Assembly (NCBI GenBank): GCA_040903745.1
Contig: JBBDUV010000093.1
Location: 19,421 to 83,420 of the forward strand
Reading direction: 5' to 3'
DNA length: 64,000 nucleotides
Source: Bacteroidales bacterium
Lineage (GTDB): Bacteria; Bacteroidota; Bacteroidia; Bacteroidales; GCA-2748055
The notes below the pieces were generated by a model that was given only the letters and a program-made list of their open reading frames with translations, was not told where the DNA came from and did not search any database. Each line of letters opens with the position of its first letter. Within the stretch, counting starts at the first letter, position 1. Shown in pieces: positions 17,920-27,398 of the stretch. Both the position numbers and the translations under genes were made by a program.

Positions 17920-19530
17920 ATGTCTGAAAATACAAAGAAAAATGCGCCATTAAGCTATCTGGAAGAGAAGGGCGGTAGGAAAGGAATTTTTGTATGGATA
18001 CTTTCCACTGATCATAAAAGAATAGGCCTTTTGTACCTGTATTCCATCATGTCATGGTTTTTTATAGGCGTTACACTAGGCCTACTGATGAAGCTTGAAC
18101 TTATCGCACCTGGGAAAACAATCATGGCTGCCCAGTCTTACAACGCATCTTTCACGGTTCATGGAGTGATTATGATTTTCCTTGTTATCATACCGGGTCT
18201 GCCCGCCATCTTCGGCAACTTCATGTTGCCCATACAGATAGGTGCCAAAGACGTCGCATTCCCAAAACTGAATCTGCTGTCATGGCATATTTATATTGTA
18301 GGATCGATTCTTGTCGTCTCCTCACTTTTTACCGGCGGGGGTCCTCCCGACACTGGTTGGACCTTCTACGCACCCTACAGTTTCAAGACCGGCACGAACA
18401 TGCTGCCTGCAGTGCTGGGGGCCTTTGTCCTGGGATTCAGTTCGATATTAACCGGACTGAATTTCATCGTTACCATTCACAGAATGCGCGCTCCGGGGAT
18501 GTCATGGATGAAGATGCCGATCTTCCCCTGGACCCTCTACGGCACAGCCTGGGTCCAGTTGCTGGCAACGCCAATCATTGGTATAACGCTGCTGATGGTG
18601 ATCGGCGAACGTGTCTTCAATATCGGTTTTTTTGATCCTGCCAAAGGCGGCGACCCGATCCTGTTTCAGCACCTCTTCTGGATCTACTCACACCCGGCGG
18701 TTTACATCATGATCCTGCCGGCCATGGGAGCAATCTCAGAGATCATCCCCACCTTTGCCAGGAAAACGATCTACGGATACCGCGCGATGATTATCTCCAC
18801 AATGGCCATCGCCTTTGTCGGTTATTTTGTCTGGGGGCACCACATGTTCACATCGGGTATGAGCGGCACAGCCCTGTTCACCTTTTCCATTCTGACATTT
18901 CTAGTGGCTATTCCAAGTGCCATCAAGGTCTTCAACTGGGTCTCCACAATGTACCAGGGGTCAATCTCAACCGAAGTACCGTTCCTCTGGGCCGCCTCAT
19001 TTATCTTCGTTTTCATGATCGGTGGTTTCTCCGGCCTGGTGTTAGGGGCACTGGCTATTAATGTCCACCTGCACGACACCGCCTTTGTGGTGGCACATTT
19101 CCATTTCATTGTTTTCGGGGGAGCGGGATTTGCATTTTTCGGAGCCCTTCATTACTGGTTCCCGAAGATGTTCGGACGGATGTATGATAAGTCGTGGGCA
19201 AAAACCGGGTGGTTGATGTTTTTCTTCGGATTTGTTACACTATATGGCCCAATGTTTTACCTGGGAATAAAAGGAATGCCGCGCAGGTACTTTGATTACC
19301 TTCCTGATTATCACGGACCAAATATCATTTCATCGCTTGGAGCGATTGTGATGGTGGCAGGATTTGCTATAATTGCGATAAACCTGATCAAATCAGCCAG
19401 GTCGGGCGTAAAAGCAGAAGCCAATCCATGGGGAGGGACCAACCTGGAATGGCAGGTGCCCTCACCACCGCCACTGGAGAATTTCGAGGAGATTCCCACC
19501 ATCGATAAAGCAACTTATAAATACGACTAA
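17920..19530 (+). CDS. ctaD: Cytochrome c oxidase subunit I, A2-type
   Basis: 536 aa, 12 TM. The helix VI motif reads FWIYSHPAVYIMILP (YS motif, no Glu). His ligands are in WGHHMF and HFHF. Confidence 0.95.
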   Translation: MSENTKKNAPLSYLEEKGGRKGIFVWILSTDHKRIGLLYLYSIMSWFFIGVTLGLLMKLELIAPGKTIMAAQSYNASFTVHGVIMIFLVIIPGLPAIFGNFMLPIQIGAKDVAFPKLNLLSWHIYIVGSILVVSSLFTGGGPPDTGWTFYAPYSFKTGTNMLPAVLGAFVLGFSSILTGLNFIVTIHRMRAPGMSWMKMPIFPWTLYGTAWVQLLATPIIGITLLMVIGERVFNIGFFDPAKGGDPILFQHLFWIYSHPAVYIMILPAMGAISEIIPTFARKTIYGYRAMIISTMAIAFVGYFVWGHHMFTSGMSGTALFTFSILTFLVAIPSAIKVFNWVSTMYQGSISTEVPFLWAASFIFVFMIGGFSGLVLGALAINVHLHDTAFVVAHFHFIVFGGAGFAFFGALHYWFPKMFGRMYDKSWAKTGWLMFFFGFVTLYGPMFYLGIKGMPRRYFDYLPDYHGPNIISSLGAIVMVAGFAIIAINLIKSARSGVKAEANPWGGTNLEWQVPSPPPLENFEEIPTIDKATYKYD

Positions 19531-19541
19531 AAGGAAGGCTT

Positions 19542-20144
19542 ATGTCAGAACATGCACACAGAGATGACATCGGATCGAAGCTCGGTATGTGGCTATTCAT
19601 CTTTACGGAACTGATGTTGTTTGGCGGACTGTTTATCACCTATGCTGTTTACAGATACTTGCATCCTGAGGCATTTCACATGGCAAGTCAGGAACTTGAC
19701 GTCCCTATCGGTACAATTAACACGATTATCCTGCTAATCAGCAGCGCCACAATCGCCATGTCGATTACCGCGATCCAGCAGGGAAAGAAGAAGCTCACAC
19801 TCAACCTCATCAGCTCCACCATGGTTTTGGCAGCTATCTTTTTGGTGAACAAGTACTTTGAATGGGGAGCGAAATTCGAACATGGAATTTTTCCCGGTTC
19901 AGAGTATCTCGATCAGCTGGGTTATGGTGATGTGCTGTTTTTTGGCCTCTATTTTTTCATGACAGGCCTGCATGCATTTCATATCATTATCGGAATGGTA
20001 ATACTGGGCTTCATCTATTACTATGTAAAAAACGACCGTCTCAAATCCGATGACTTTCAGTTACTGGAAAATGGCGGATTGTACTGGCACCTTGTCGACC
20101 TGATCTGGATCTTCCTGTTCCCGTTGTTTTATCTTATCGCTTAA
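19542..20144 (+). CDS. ctaE: Cytochrome c oxidase subunit III (short 5-TM form)
   Basis: 200 aa. Subunit III-like blocks FFMTGLHAFHIIIG and YWHLVDLIWIFLFP. Confidence 0.9.
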   Translation: MSEHAHRDDIGSKLGMWLFIFTELMLFGGLFITYAVYRYLHPEAFHMASQELDVPIGTINTIILLISSATIAMSITAIQQGKKKLTLNLISSTMVLAAIFLVNKYFEWGAKFEHGIFPGSEYLDQLGYGDVLFFGLYFFMTGLHAFHIIIGMVILGFIYYYVKNDRLKSDDFQLLENGGLYWHLVDLIWIFLFPLFYLIA

Positions 20145-20440
20145 TGAAGAGTACTATGGCAGACGAAAAACATCATATCATCCCGTACAAAACCTTCCTG
20201 ATAGTTTTAGGAGTATTAATCATGTTCACCCTGCTGTCTGTTGCAATTACACAGATAGAGCTTACGCGATGGTCAGTCATTGCCGCACTTTTACTGGCAG
20301 GTATAAAATCAACATTCGTCCTGCTAATTTTCATGCATCTGAAATATGATATGCGGATATTCAGGGTGATGATAGGCCTGATCCTGGCTCTATTAATCGT
20401 TGTTATCATTGTGACCATGTTAGATTATTTATTCAGATAA
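20144..20440 (+). CDS. ctaF: Cytochrome c oxidase subunit IV family protein
   Basis: 98 aa, 3 TM. Its start overlaps the ctaE stop (TAATG). Position and size fit CtaF/CyoD-like subunits. Confidence 0.75.
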   Translation: MKSTMADEKHHIIPYKTFLIVLGVLIMFTLLSVAITQIELTRWSVIAALLLAGIKSTFVLLIFMHLKYDMRIFRVMIGLILALLIVVIIVTMLDYLFR

Positions 20441-20459
20441 ACTTTTAGATAAGCTTATT

Positions 20460-21410
20460 ATGTACGATATTGCCCCTCAAAATGCATCCAATTTCGTAGC
20501 CGGTGTTGACCTTGCTTTCATGATCATTCTTGGTGTTTCGATCTTCCTCCTGATCGCAATCACAATAGTGATGCTGATTTTTATTCGAAAATACCACAAA
20601 GACAGGCACCCGAAGGCGATACAGGACGAGGGTAGTGTTAAATTGGAGATCATCTGGACCGTGATCCCTATCCTTCTTGTGCTGGTAATGTTCTACTTCG
20701 GATGGATGGGTTGGAGGCCCATGCAAAATCCTCCGGAAGATGCCATGCGTGTAACGGCCATTGCAAGGATGTGGAATTTTCAGTTTGAATATGAGAACGG
20801 AAAGCGTACCGACAGCCTGTATGTACCAGTGAATGAACCTGTGGTGCTTGACCTGAAAGCGCTTGATGTGTTGCACAGCCTCTACATTCCAGCGTTCAGG
20901 GTAAAGGAGGATATGGTACCAGGCAGAGACAAACAGATGTGGTTTATTCCCGGTCAGACCGGCTCCTATGATATATTCTGTGCTGAGTATTGCGGACTTG
21001 ATCACTCTTATATGTATACTGGTGTGCGCGTAATGGCAGCCGAAGAATTCGAGGAGTGGCTGCTGGATACGACAGCCGTCGCACCTGTGGTGGATGAGGA
21101 TGCGACACCGGCTGATCTGGGATACCAGATTCTTTTGAAAAATGGCTGTAATGCCTGCCATTCATCCGACGGCTCCAAACTAGTAGGTCCATCCTACAAG
21201 GGTAGCTGGGGCAAAATGCAGAATGTCACCGCAGGCGGAAAGAAAACTGAAGTACTGGTCGACGAAGAGTACATCAGAAGATCAATCTTTAATCCCAATG
21301 CAGAAATTGTTGATGGTTATAATAAGGGACTGATGCTCTCTTATGAGGGATTGGTTTCGGAGGAAGAAATTGAATTGATTACAGCGTATATTAAAAGTTT
21401 GAATGAGTAA
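20460..21410 (+). CDS. ctaC: Cytochrome c oxidase subunit II with a fused C-terminal cytochrome c domain (caa3 type)
   Basis: CuA ligands are VLHS...CAEYCGLDHSYM. The C-terminal CNACHSSDG is a monoheme c module. Confidence 0.9.
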   Translation: MYDIAPQNASNFVAGVDLAFMIILGVSIFLLIAITIVMLIFIRKYHKDRHPKAIQDEGSVKLEIIWTVIPILLVLVMFYFGWMGWRPMQNPPEDAMRVTAIARMWNFQFEYENGKRTDSLYVPVNEPVVLDLKALDVLHSLYIPAFRVKEDMVPGRDKQMWFIPGQTGSYDIFCAEYCGLDHSYMYTGVRVMAAEEFEEWLLDTTAVAPVVDEDATPADLGYQILLKNGCNACHSSDGSKLVGPSYKGSWGKMQNVTAGGKKTEVLVDEEYIRRSIFNPNAEIVDGYNKGLMLSYEGLVSEEEIELITAYIKSLNE

Positions 21411-22296
21411 ATTAAAACAGGGGGGAACATTCTCTTCTGTACTTCAGTTAGGTAAAACAAGAATATCAGTTTCGGTAACTCTTACCGGTTTTCTGGGATA
21501 CTACCGTGCCTCAGGTGAGTTCAATGAGATCCTTGTTTTTACCCTCTTTGGCATCCTATTCATGTCAATGGGGTCGAGCACATTTAACCAGGTGCAGGAA
21601 CGCAAGACGGATCGTCTGATGAAGCGGACTGCGGGACGACCATTGCCTGCAGGCAGAATATCACTAAAAGGAGCTCTGATCTCGGGAGCAGTGCTATCGA
21701 TAACAGGATTTATCCTACTGATGTTTACAGGCTCTGCCCTGTCGGCAGGGATCGGAATCTTTACATTGTTATGGTATAATCTCATATATACTCCACTAAA
21801 AAAAATCACTCCATTTGCAGTGTTTCCGGGAGCGCTTATTGGTGCGTTGCCACCATTGATCGGCTGGACCGCTGCAGGGGGTGCATTGTTAGACAAAGAG
21901 ATCATTTTAATCAGCTTTTTTCTATTCATCGGACAGATGCCCCACTACTGGCTGTTAATGATAAAATTAGGTGATGAGTTTAAAGAGGCCGGGCTATCGG
22001 TTATCACTGAAATATTTTCAAAAACCCAATTGAGTAACATCAGCTTCATCTGGATCTTTGCAGCTGCTGTTTCAGTAATGATCTTTCCTGTAGCAGGTAT
22101 TATGCATAGTAACCTCATTGCATTTATGATGGTTGCACTTGTAGTATTTTTCATTATCAGGATGTATTTACTCTCCTCGCGGAATAACCTGGTTCTAAAC
22201 TGGCGAAAAGCCTTTACTACTGTAAATCTGTTCTATCTGTTTATCCTATTTATTCTTATTGCAGATAAGTTCTTTGGAGCTATCATGATTAACTAA
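21403..22296 (+). CDS. ctaB: Protoheme IX farnesyltransferase (heme O synthase)
   Basis: UbiA-family membrane protein with NQVQERKTDRLMKRTAGRPLPAG. It overlaps ctaC by 8 nt. Confidence 0.9.
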   Translation: MSKLKQGGTFSSVLQLGKTRISVSVTLTGFLGYYRASGEFNEILVFTLFGILFMSMGSSTFNQVQERKTDRLMKRTAGRPLPAGRISLKGALISGAVLSITGFILLMFTGSALSAGIGIFTLLWYNLIYTPLKKITPFAVFPGALIGALPPLIGWTAAGGALLDKEIILISFFLFIGQMPHYWLLMIKLGDEFKEAGLSVITEIFSKTQLSNISFIWIFAAAVSVMIFPVAGIMHSNLIAFMMVALVVFFIIRMYLLSSRNNLVLNWRKAFTTVNLFYLFILFILIADKFFGAIMIN

Positions 22297-22679
22297 ACCT
22301 GGTACTCAATTCTGAACCTGATAATTGAACTGAAAAAAGATTAAATTCCACTTCTGCCGCGGATCGCAAAAAATTCGGAGCAATGAAAGAATTATTCAAT
22401 TTTTTAAACAAAAATAAATAAATGCTGTTTTGTAGGAGGGAAGTTTAAGCGGAACATCTATTATTTAATATTTAAACCGGACTACTTGTACACACTTCAT
22501 AATATTATTGCTTAAAATTAATAAATGTGTTACCTGGTTGTCCACATGCCAGTGTTTTTTACTGATATAGGATTAACTCAATGATTCTATCATCCTGCAA
22601 GTAAACAGTAAACAGGATATGGCAGTTATTCCGCAATATTCTTCCTGGTTATCACTGTTAACGAAAACTAACAGAACCA

Positions 22680-25600
22680 ATGATTAAACGAAATACTGCA
22701 AACTATTTATTAATATTCAGGCATATTGGAAATTTCATTATCTCAATGAGATTAATGGCAGTGCTACTGGTAATCCTGGCAGTCACGCTGGCTGTCGCTA
22801 CCTTTATTGAAAACGACCATGGAATAATCACCGCGAGGGCAAAAGTTTATAATGCAGTTTGGTTCGAAATACTGCTGTCTATATTATTTATTAATTTAAC
22901 CGGAAATATCTTTAAAAGAAAATTGTATCAAAGAAGAAAATTTACAATTTTCCTTTTCCATTTTGCATTCAGTGTAATTATTATCGGGGGATTTATAACC
23001 AGGTATATTGGTGAGGAGGGTTATATGCACATCAGGGAAGGCGAACAATCGGATTGGATAATATCGGACAAAACCTACCTTCAAATTGATGCAAAACATG
23101 GAAATTCAGAATACCACTACTCAAAGCCAGTCTTTATTTCACCTGTCACTGCCCGGAAGTTTTCAAAAGAAATTGAAGCAAATGGTCATAATGTAACCCT
23201 GAGCGGGGTTGATTATATCCCCGATGCAATGCAGGCACTGATACCTTCGGATAATGGAAAACCGGTTTTGGAACTGATCACTCCGGATCTTCAGGGAAGG
23301 AAAAGTGTCTTCTTTGAAGCCGGGGAAACTAAAAACATAGGACAGTACACTGTTTCATTTTATGATTCAATTCAGGATGCGGACATTTGGATCTATGAAC
23401 TTGATGGAGATCTGGTAATTCAGTCAGGATATAACCTGAAAATAACAGAGAAAAACACGTGGACTGAATCGGTATTAGATAATAATGAAGTTTTTCCGTT
23501 CACAGATAAAACGCTTTATCAGATCGAAGGAGTTGTTTTTGTATTAAAAAATCAGCTATCCTCCGGACAAATAATACTTATTCCAGGTAATGATCAAAAC
23601 AATGAAGCAATAGGACCCGATGCGCTGATAATAGAAGCCAGCTCAATAAATAACAGTCAACAGGTTGTTGTCTGGGGAAAACAACATGTCGTTGGGGAAG
23701 AGACACAATTCAAAATTGAAGGGATAGATTTTACCATTTCGTACGGAGCGAAATTAAAAAAAATACCCTTTTCACTTCAACTAAACGAATTCCGGGTTGA
23801 AAGGTATCCGGGTTCAAACAGCCCTTCCTTCTTTGAAAGTGAGGTTGTTTTGATTGATGCTGAAAGAGATATTTCCGAGCAGAGAAAAATTTTCATGAAT
23901 AATATATTGAAATACCGTGGGTTCAGGTTTTACCAGGCATCGTACGACTCAGACGAAAAGGGAACTGTCTTATCGGTAAACAAAGACTATGCCGGGACAT
24001 TTTTTACCTACCTGGGTTATATGATGTTAACGATCGGGATGCTGCTCAGCCTGTTTAATAAAAACAGCAGATTTAAAAAGCTGCTAAAGTCCTCATATGC
24101 AGCTCCCATACTAATGCTTTTTTTCTTTCTCCCCACACCAGGCTTCGCATCGGAGGCCTCATGGAGTGAAGAGTTCGAAAATAATGTCATAGACGCAGGT
24201 CATGCACAGAAGTTTGGAGGGCTATTGATTCAGGATAATGGTGGCAGGATCAAGCCATTAAATACACTGAGCTCGCAGGTATTAAGAAAAATAGCCAGGC
24301 AAAGCGGATTTATGGGATTAACCCCCGATCAGGTGCTGCTGGGAATGATCTTCAATCCTGATTACTGGCAACATGTTCCAATGATCAAAATATCACACGA
24401 CCAGATTAAAAATATTTTGGATACACAATCTGACTATTTATCTTTCAACAACATAGTCTTAGGAGACCAATCGGGCACATACCCATTGGCTCCATTTGTG
24501 GAGGAAGCATACCGGAAACAACCTGCTTACAGGTCAAAATTCGATAATGAAATCATTCGCTTAGACGAAAGGGTAAATATTTGTTTCGCCGTATATACAA
24601 CTTCTTTAATTAAAATATTTCCAGATCCAAATAGCAATGAAGACAAATGGTATTCACCAAAAGAGGTCCCTGAAATTCTTTCAGAACAGGACTCAGCTTT
24701 TGTCTCAGGTGTAATGAAGATATATTATAGTGAAATTAAAAATTCGCTGGAAAGTGGTGACTGGTCCAAACCAGATGAATACGTGGAGTATATTAAACTG
24801 TATCAGAAAAAACATGGTGATCATATCATCCCAACCGAATCCAAACAAAAGTTAGAGCTATTATATAACAGACTTAACATTTTTGACAACTTATCTTTGC
24901 TCTACGGAATTGTAGGTTTAATCCTGCTTATTCTCTATTTTATTGAATTGTTATCCAGGCTTGTCTTTCCGAGAATCCTATACAATATAGGAAGTATCGT
25001 TATTTTATTGCTTTTCGTAATGCATACTGCAGGATTGATAATTCGTTGGTATATAGCCGGCCATGCACCCTGGAGCAATGGATATGAAGCCCTGACCTAT
25101 ATTGCATGGGCCATGGTTTTAGCTGGAATCCTATTCTCCGGAAAATCACGTGTTTCAATGCATGCAACGGTTATCATGGCATTTTTAATTTTATATGTGG
25201 CTCATTTAAGCTGGATGGATCCGGAAATAACCAACCTTGTACCTGTACTGAAATCTGTCTGGCTGGGAATTCATGTGTCCATTATCACTGCAAGCTACGG
25301 GTTTTTTACACTGGGGGCGTTACTGGCACTTCTAAATTTGGTGTTAATGAATTTTAAAACCCGAAAAAACAAACAAATTATAGACCGGGATATTGAAAAA
25401 TTGACTGATATTATTGAGATGACATTAATTGCTGGTTTGTATTTAATGACAATTGGTACTTTTTTAGGTGGTGTATGGGCGAATGAATCATGGGGGCGCT
25501 ACTGGGGATGGGACCCCAAGGAAACCTGGGCACTGATTACCATCCTGGTATATGCATTTATTGCACATATGAGAATGATTCCTGGTTTACAGGGCACTTT

Positions 25601-25817
25601 CAAGTTTAACCTGCTGGCCCTGTTTGGCTTTTCTTCTGTAATTATGACTTTTTTTGGTGTAAACTACTATTTAAGCGGACTGCATTCATATGCAGCAGGA
25701 GATCCTCTGCCCATACCCGATTTTATCTATTATACAATCACCGTTTTATCGGTTATTTCAATATTGGCATATATTAATCAAAGAAATACTGCCCACAACC
25801 ATCGAACACTTTATTGA
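22680..25817 (+). CDS. ccsBA: Fused system II cytochrome c biogenesis protein CcsBA (ResB-CcsA)
   Basis: 1045 aa. ResB-like N-terminal half and a CcsA C-terminal half with the Trp-rich WWD motif WGRYWGWDPKETWA. Confidence 0.9.
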   Translation: MIKRNTANYLLIFRHIGNFIISMRLMAVLLVILAVTLAVATFIENDHGIITARAKVYNAVWFEILLSILFINLTGNIFKRKLYQRRKFTIFLFHFAFSVIIIGGFITRYIGEEGYMHIREGEQSDWIISDKTYLQIDAKHGNSEYHYSKPVFISPVTARKFSKEIEANGHNVTLSGVDYIPDAMQALIPSDNGKPVLELITPDLQGRKSVFFEAGETKNIGQYTVSFYDSIQDADIWIYELDGDLVIQSGYNLKITEKNTWTESVLDNNEVFPFTDKTLYQIEGVVFVLKNQLSSGQIILIPGNDQNNEAIGPDALIIEASSINNSQQVVVWGKQHVVGEETQFKIEGIDFTISYGAKLKKIPFSLQLNEFRVERYPGSNSPSFFESEVVLIDAERDISEQRKIFMNNILKYRGFRFYQASYDSDEKGTVLSVNKDYAGTFFTYLGYMMLTIGMLLSLFNKNSRFKKLLKSSYAAPILMLFFFLPTPGFASEASWSEEFENNVIDAGHAQKFGGLLIQDNGGRIKPLNTLSSQVLRKIARQSGFMGLTPDQVLLGMIFNPDYWQHVPMIKISHDQIKNILDTQSDYLSFNNIVLGDQSGTYPLAPFVEEAYRKQPAYRSKFDNEIIRLDERVNICFAVYTTSLIKIFPDPNSNEDKWYSPKEVPEILSEQDSAFVSGVMKIYYSEIKNSLESGDWSKPDEYVEYIKLYQKKHGDHIIPTESKQKLELLYNRLNIFDNLSLLYGIVGLILLILYFIELLSRLVFPRILYNIGSIVILLLFVMHTAGLIIRWYIAGHAPWSNGYEALTYIAWAMVLAGILFSGKSRVSMHATVIMAFLILYVAHLSWMDPEITNLVPVLKSVWLGIHVSIITASYGFFTLGALLALLNLVLMNFKTRKNKQIIDRDIEKLTDIIEMTLIAGLYLMTIGTFLGGVWANESWGRYWGWDPKETWALITILVYAFIAHMRMIPGLQGTFKFNLLALFGFSSVIMTFFGVNYYLSGLHSYAAGDPLPIPDFIYYTITVLSVISILAYINQRNTAHNHRTLY

Positions 25818-25916
25818 TTGGGATTCCATACTTGCTTATTCAATATTTTTTTATCTTTATCGGCGCAGTCAGCAAGAGTTTTATTCCAATGTTGTATCTT
25901 AAATTAATTAAGCAAA

Positions 25917-27089
25917 TTGATGAAAGGGAGATCCATAATAATAATTTTCGGAACGAAATTAGCGATTTTACTTACAGGGATTATTTTTTTCAGTGTTTCT
26001 ATCGGATATTCGAACAATTATTATGAGGGTGCTTTCGAAGAAAGTGAACATCATGGGGTGCAAAAGAAATCCGTTGAGCGGGGAAAGAGGCTTTTCTACG
26101 GACTGGTTACTACAGAATCCGGCAAAGCATTTGACTGTGTTTCGTGTCACAATACAAATGTAATAGATACACTGAACTGGAATCCATCTGCATTGGACAT
26201 AGCCCTCAGCACTGCTGGACTTGACAGCCTCGGATTTGCCAACTTACTATTAAATCCAATCACTCCAAAGTCGGTGGAGGTACATGAAGGAATGTCTCTT
26301 ACAGGAGAGGAGATGCAGTTCATACGGGCCTACCTCGAAGAAGTGGCCCACATTGGGCTTGAAAAACCGAAACCCGTGATTACCGGTATACTATTGTTTT
26401 TTGCCCTGACTGCCGTTTTTCTCCTGGCCCTAACAGATCTTATCGTTATTAAGTATGTCAAAAAGAGTTACATCCACATGGTAATTCTATTAATAACCTC
26501 CGTCTGGATCACAAAAATACTCGTTGAAGAGGGATGGAGCCTTGGTAAGTCACAAGACTATGCCCCCCTTCAGCCTATTAAATTTTCACATAAGATACAC
26601 GCCGGTGACCAGCAGATTGATTGCCAGTATTGTCACACTGCAGGAGAGTTTAGTAAAACGGCAGGAATTCCCCCTGCTAATTTGTGCCTCAATTGTCATT
26701 TATTAATCAGGGACGGGACCAACACCGGTAGATTTGAAATAAACAAAATTCATCATGCAGTAGATAGTGTCGATCTCATTGAATGGATAAGGATACACCG
26801 GCTTCCGGACCACGTTTTCTTCAGCCACGCCCAACATGTGGCGGTGGGTAAACTGGATTGCCAGGAATGCCATGGCCCTGTCGAAGAGATGCACGTATTG
26901 GGCCAATTCGCCGACCTTTCAATGGGATGGTGTCTTGACTGTCACAGGACTAAAAATGTTGATTTTTTGGGAAATGATTATTACGGAATGACATTTAAGG
27001 GGTATCATGATAAGATTATGAAAGGTGAGATTGACTCTGTTACAGTTGCCCGGTTAGGCGGAACAGATTGCATGAAATGCCACTATTGA
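25917..27089 (+). CDS. actA: Alternative complex III multiheme cytochrome c subunit ActA (six CXXCH)
   Basis: Six motifs: CVSCH, CQYCH, CLNCH, CQECH, CLDCH and CMKCH, with three hydrophobic segments. It is the first gene of the act cluster. Confidence 0.85.
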   Translation: MMKGRSIIIIFGTKLAILLTGIIFFSVSIGYSNNYYEGAFEESEHHGVQKKSVERGKRLFYGLVTTESGKAFDCVSCHNTNVIDTLNWNPSALDIALSTAGLDSLGFANLLLNPITPKSVEVHEGMSLTGEEMQFIRAYLEEVAHIGLEKPKPVITGILLFFALTAVFLLALTDLIVIKYVKKSYIHMVILLITSVWITKILVEEGWSLGKSQDYAPLQPIKFSHKIHAGDQQIDCQYCHTAGEFSKTAGIPPANLCLNCHLLIRDGTNTGRFEINKIHHAVDSVDLIEWIRIHRLPDHVFFSHAQHVAVGKLDCQECHGPVEEMHVLGQFADLSMGWCLDCHRTKNVDFLGNDYYGMTFKGYHDKIMKGEIDSVTVARLGGTDCMKCHY

Positions 27090-27398
27090 TAGTTATTGAA
27101 CAATAAAACCAAAAGAGGGTTATGTATTAAAATAATGATATAACGGAATAAATCAGTGCTGATTTTTCTGGATTTTTCGAATAATAAATTATTTCAATTA
27201 TTGACAGCGCATTAATAGCAAAACCGAACCTGACTCCCTGAATATCAGGTTTACAAATAAAAGACAGGTATAAATCGTTTTTTCATTTTATGTAAGATCC
27301 GGGATTGGTCAGGTTTTGGTAATTAATTCAATTCGGCCAATTCATTCCCGGTAAGTGTAATATATCAAATCATACAATTGATAATAAATTAAATACTG

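Noticed and set aside
22375-22420. A 12-codon ORF (MKELFNFLNKNK) and a GTAAACA x2 tandem at about 22601-22614, in the 383-bp spacer before ccsBA.
   Set aside because: This is an AT-rich spacer. The ORF is too short and featureless, and the 7-nt duplication is within chance expectation.
22855-22875. A tRNA T-loop-like string (ggttcgaa).
   Set aside because: It lies inside the ccsBA coding frame. It has no acceptor or anticodon stem complementarity around it.
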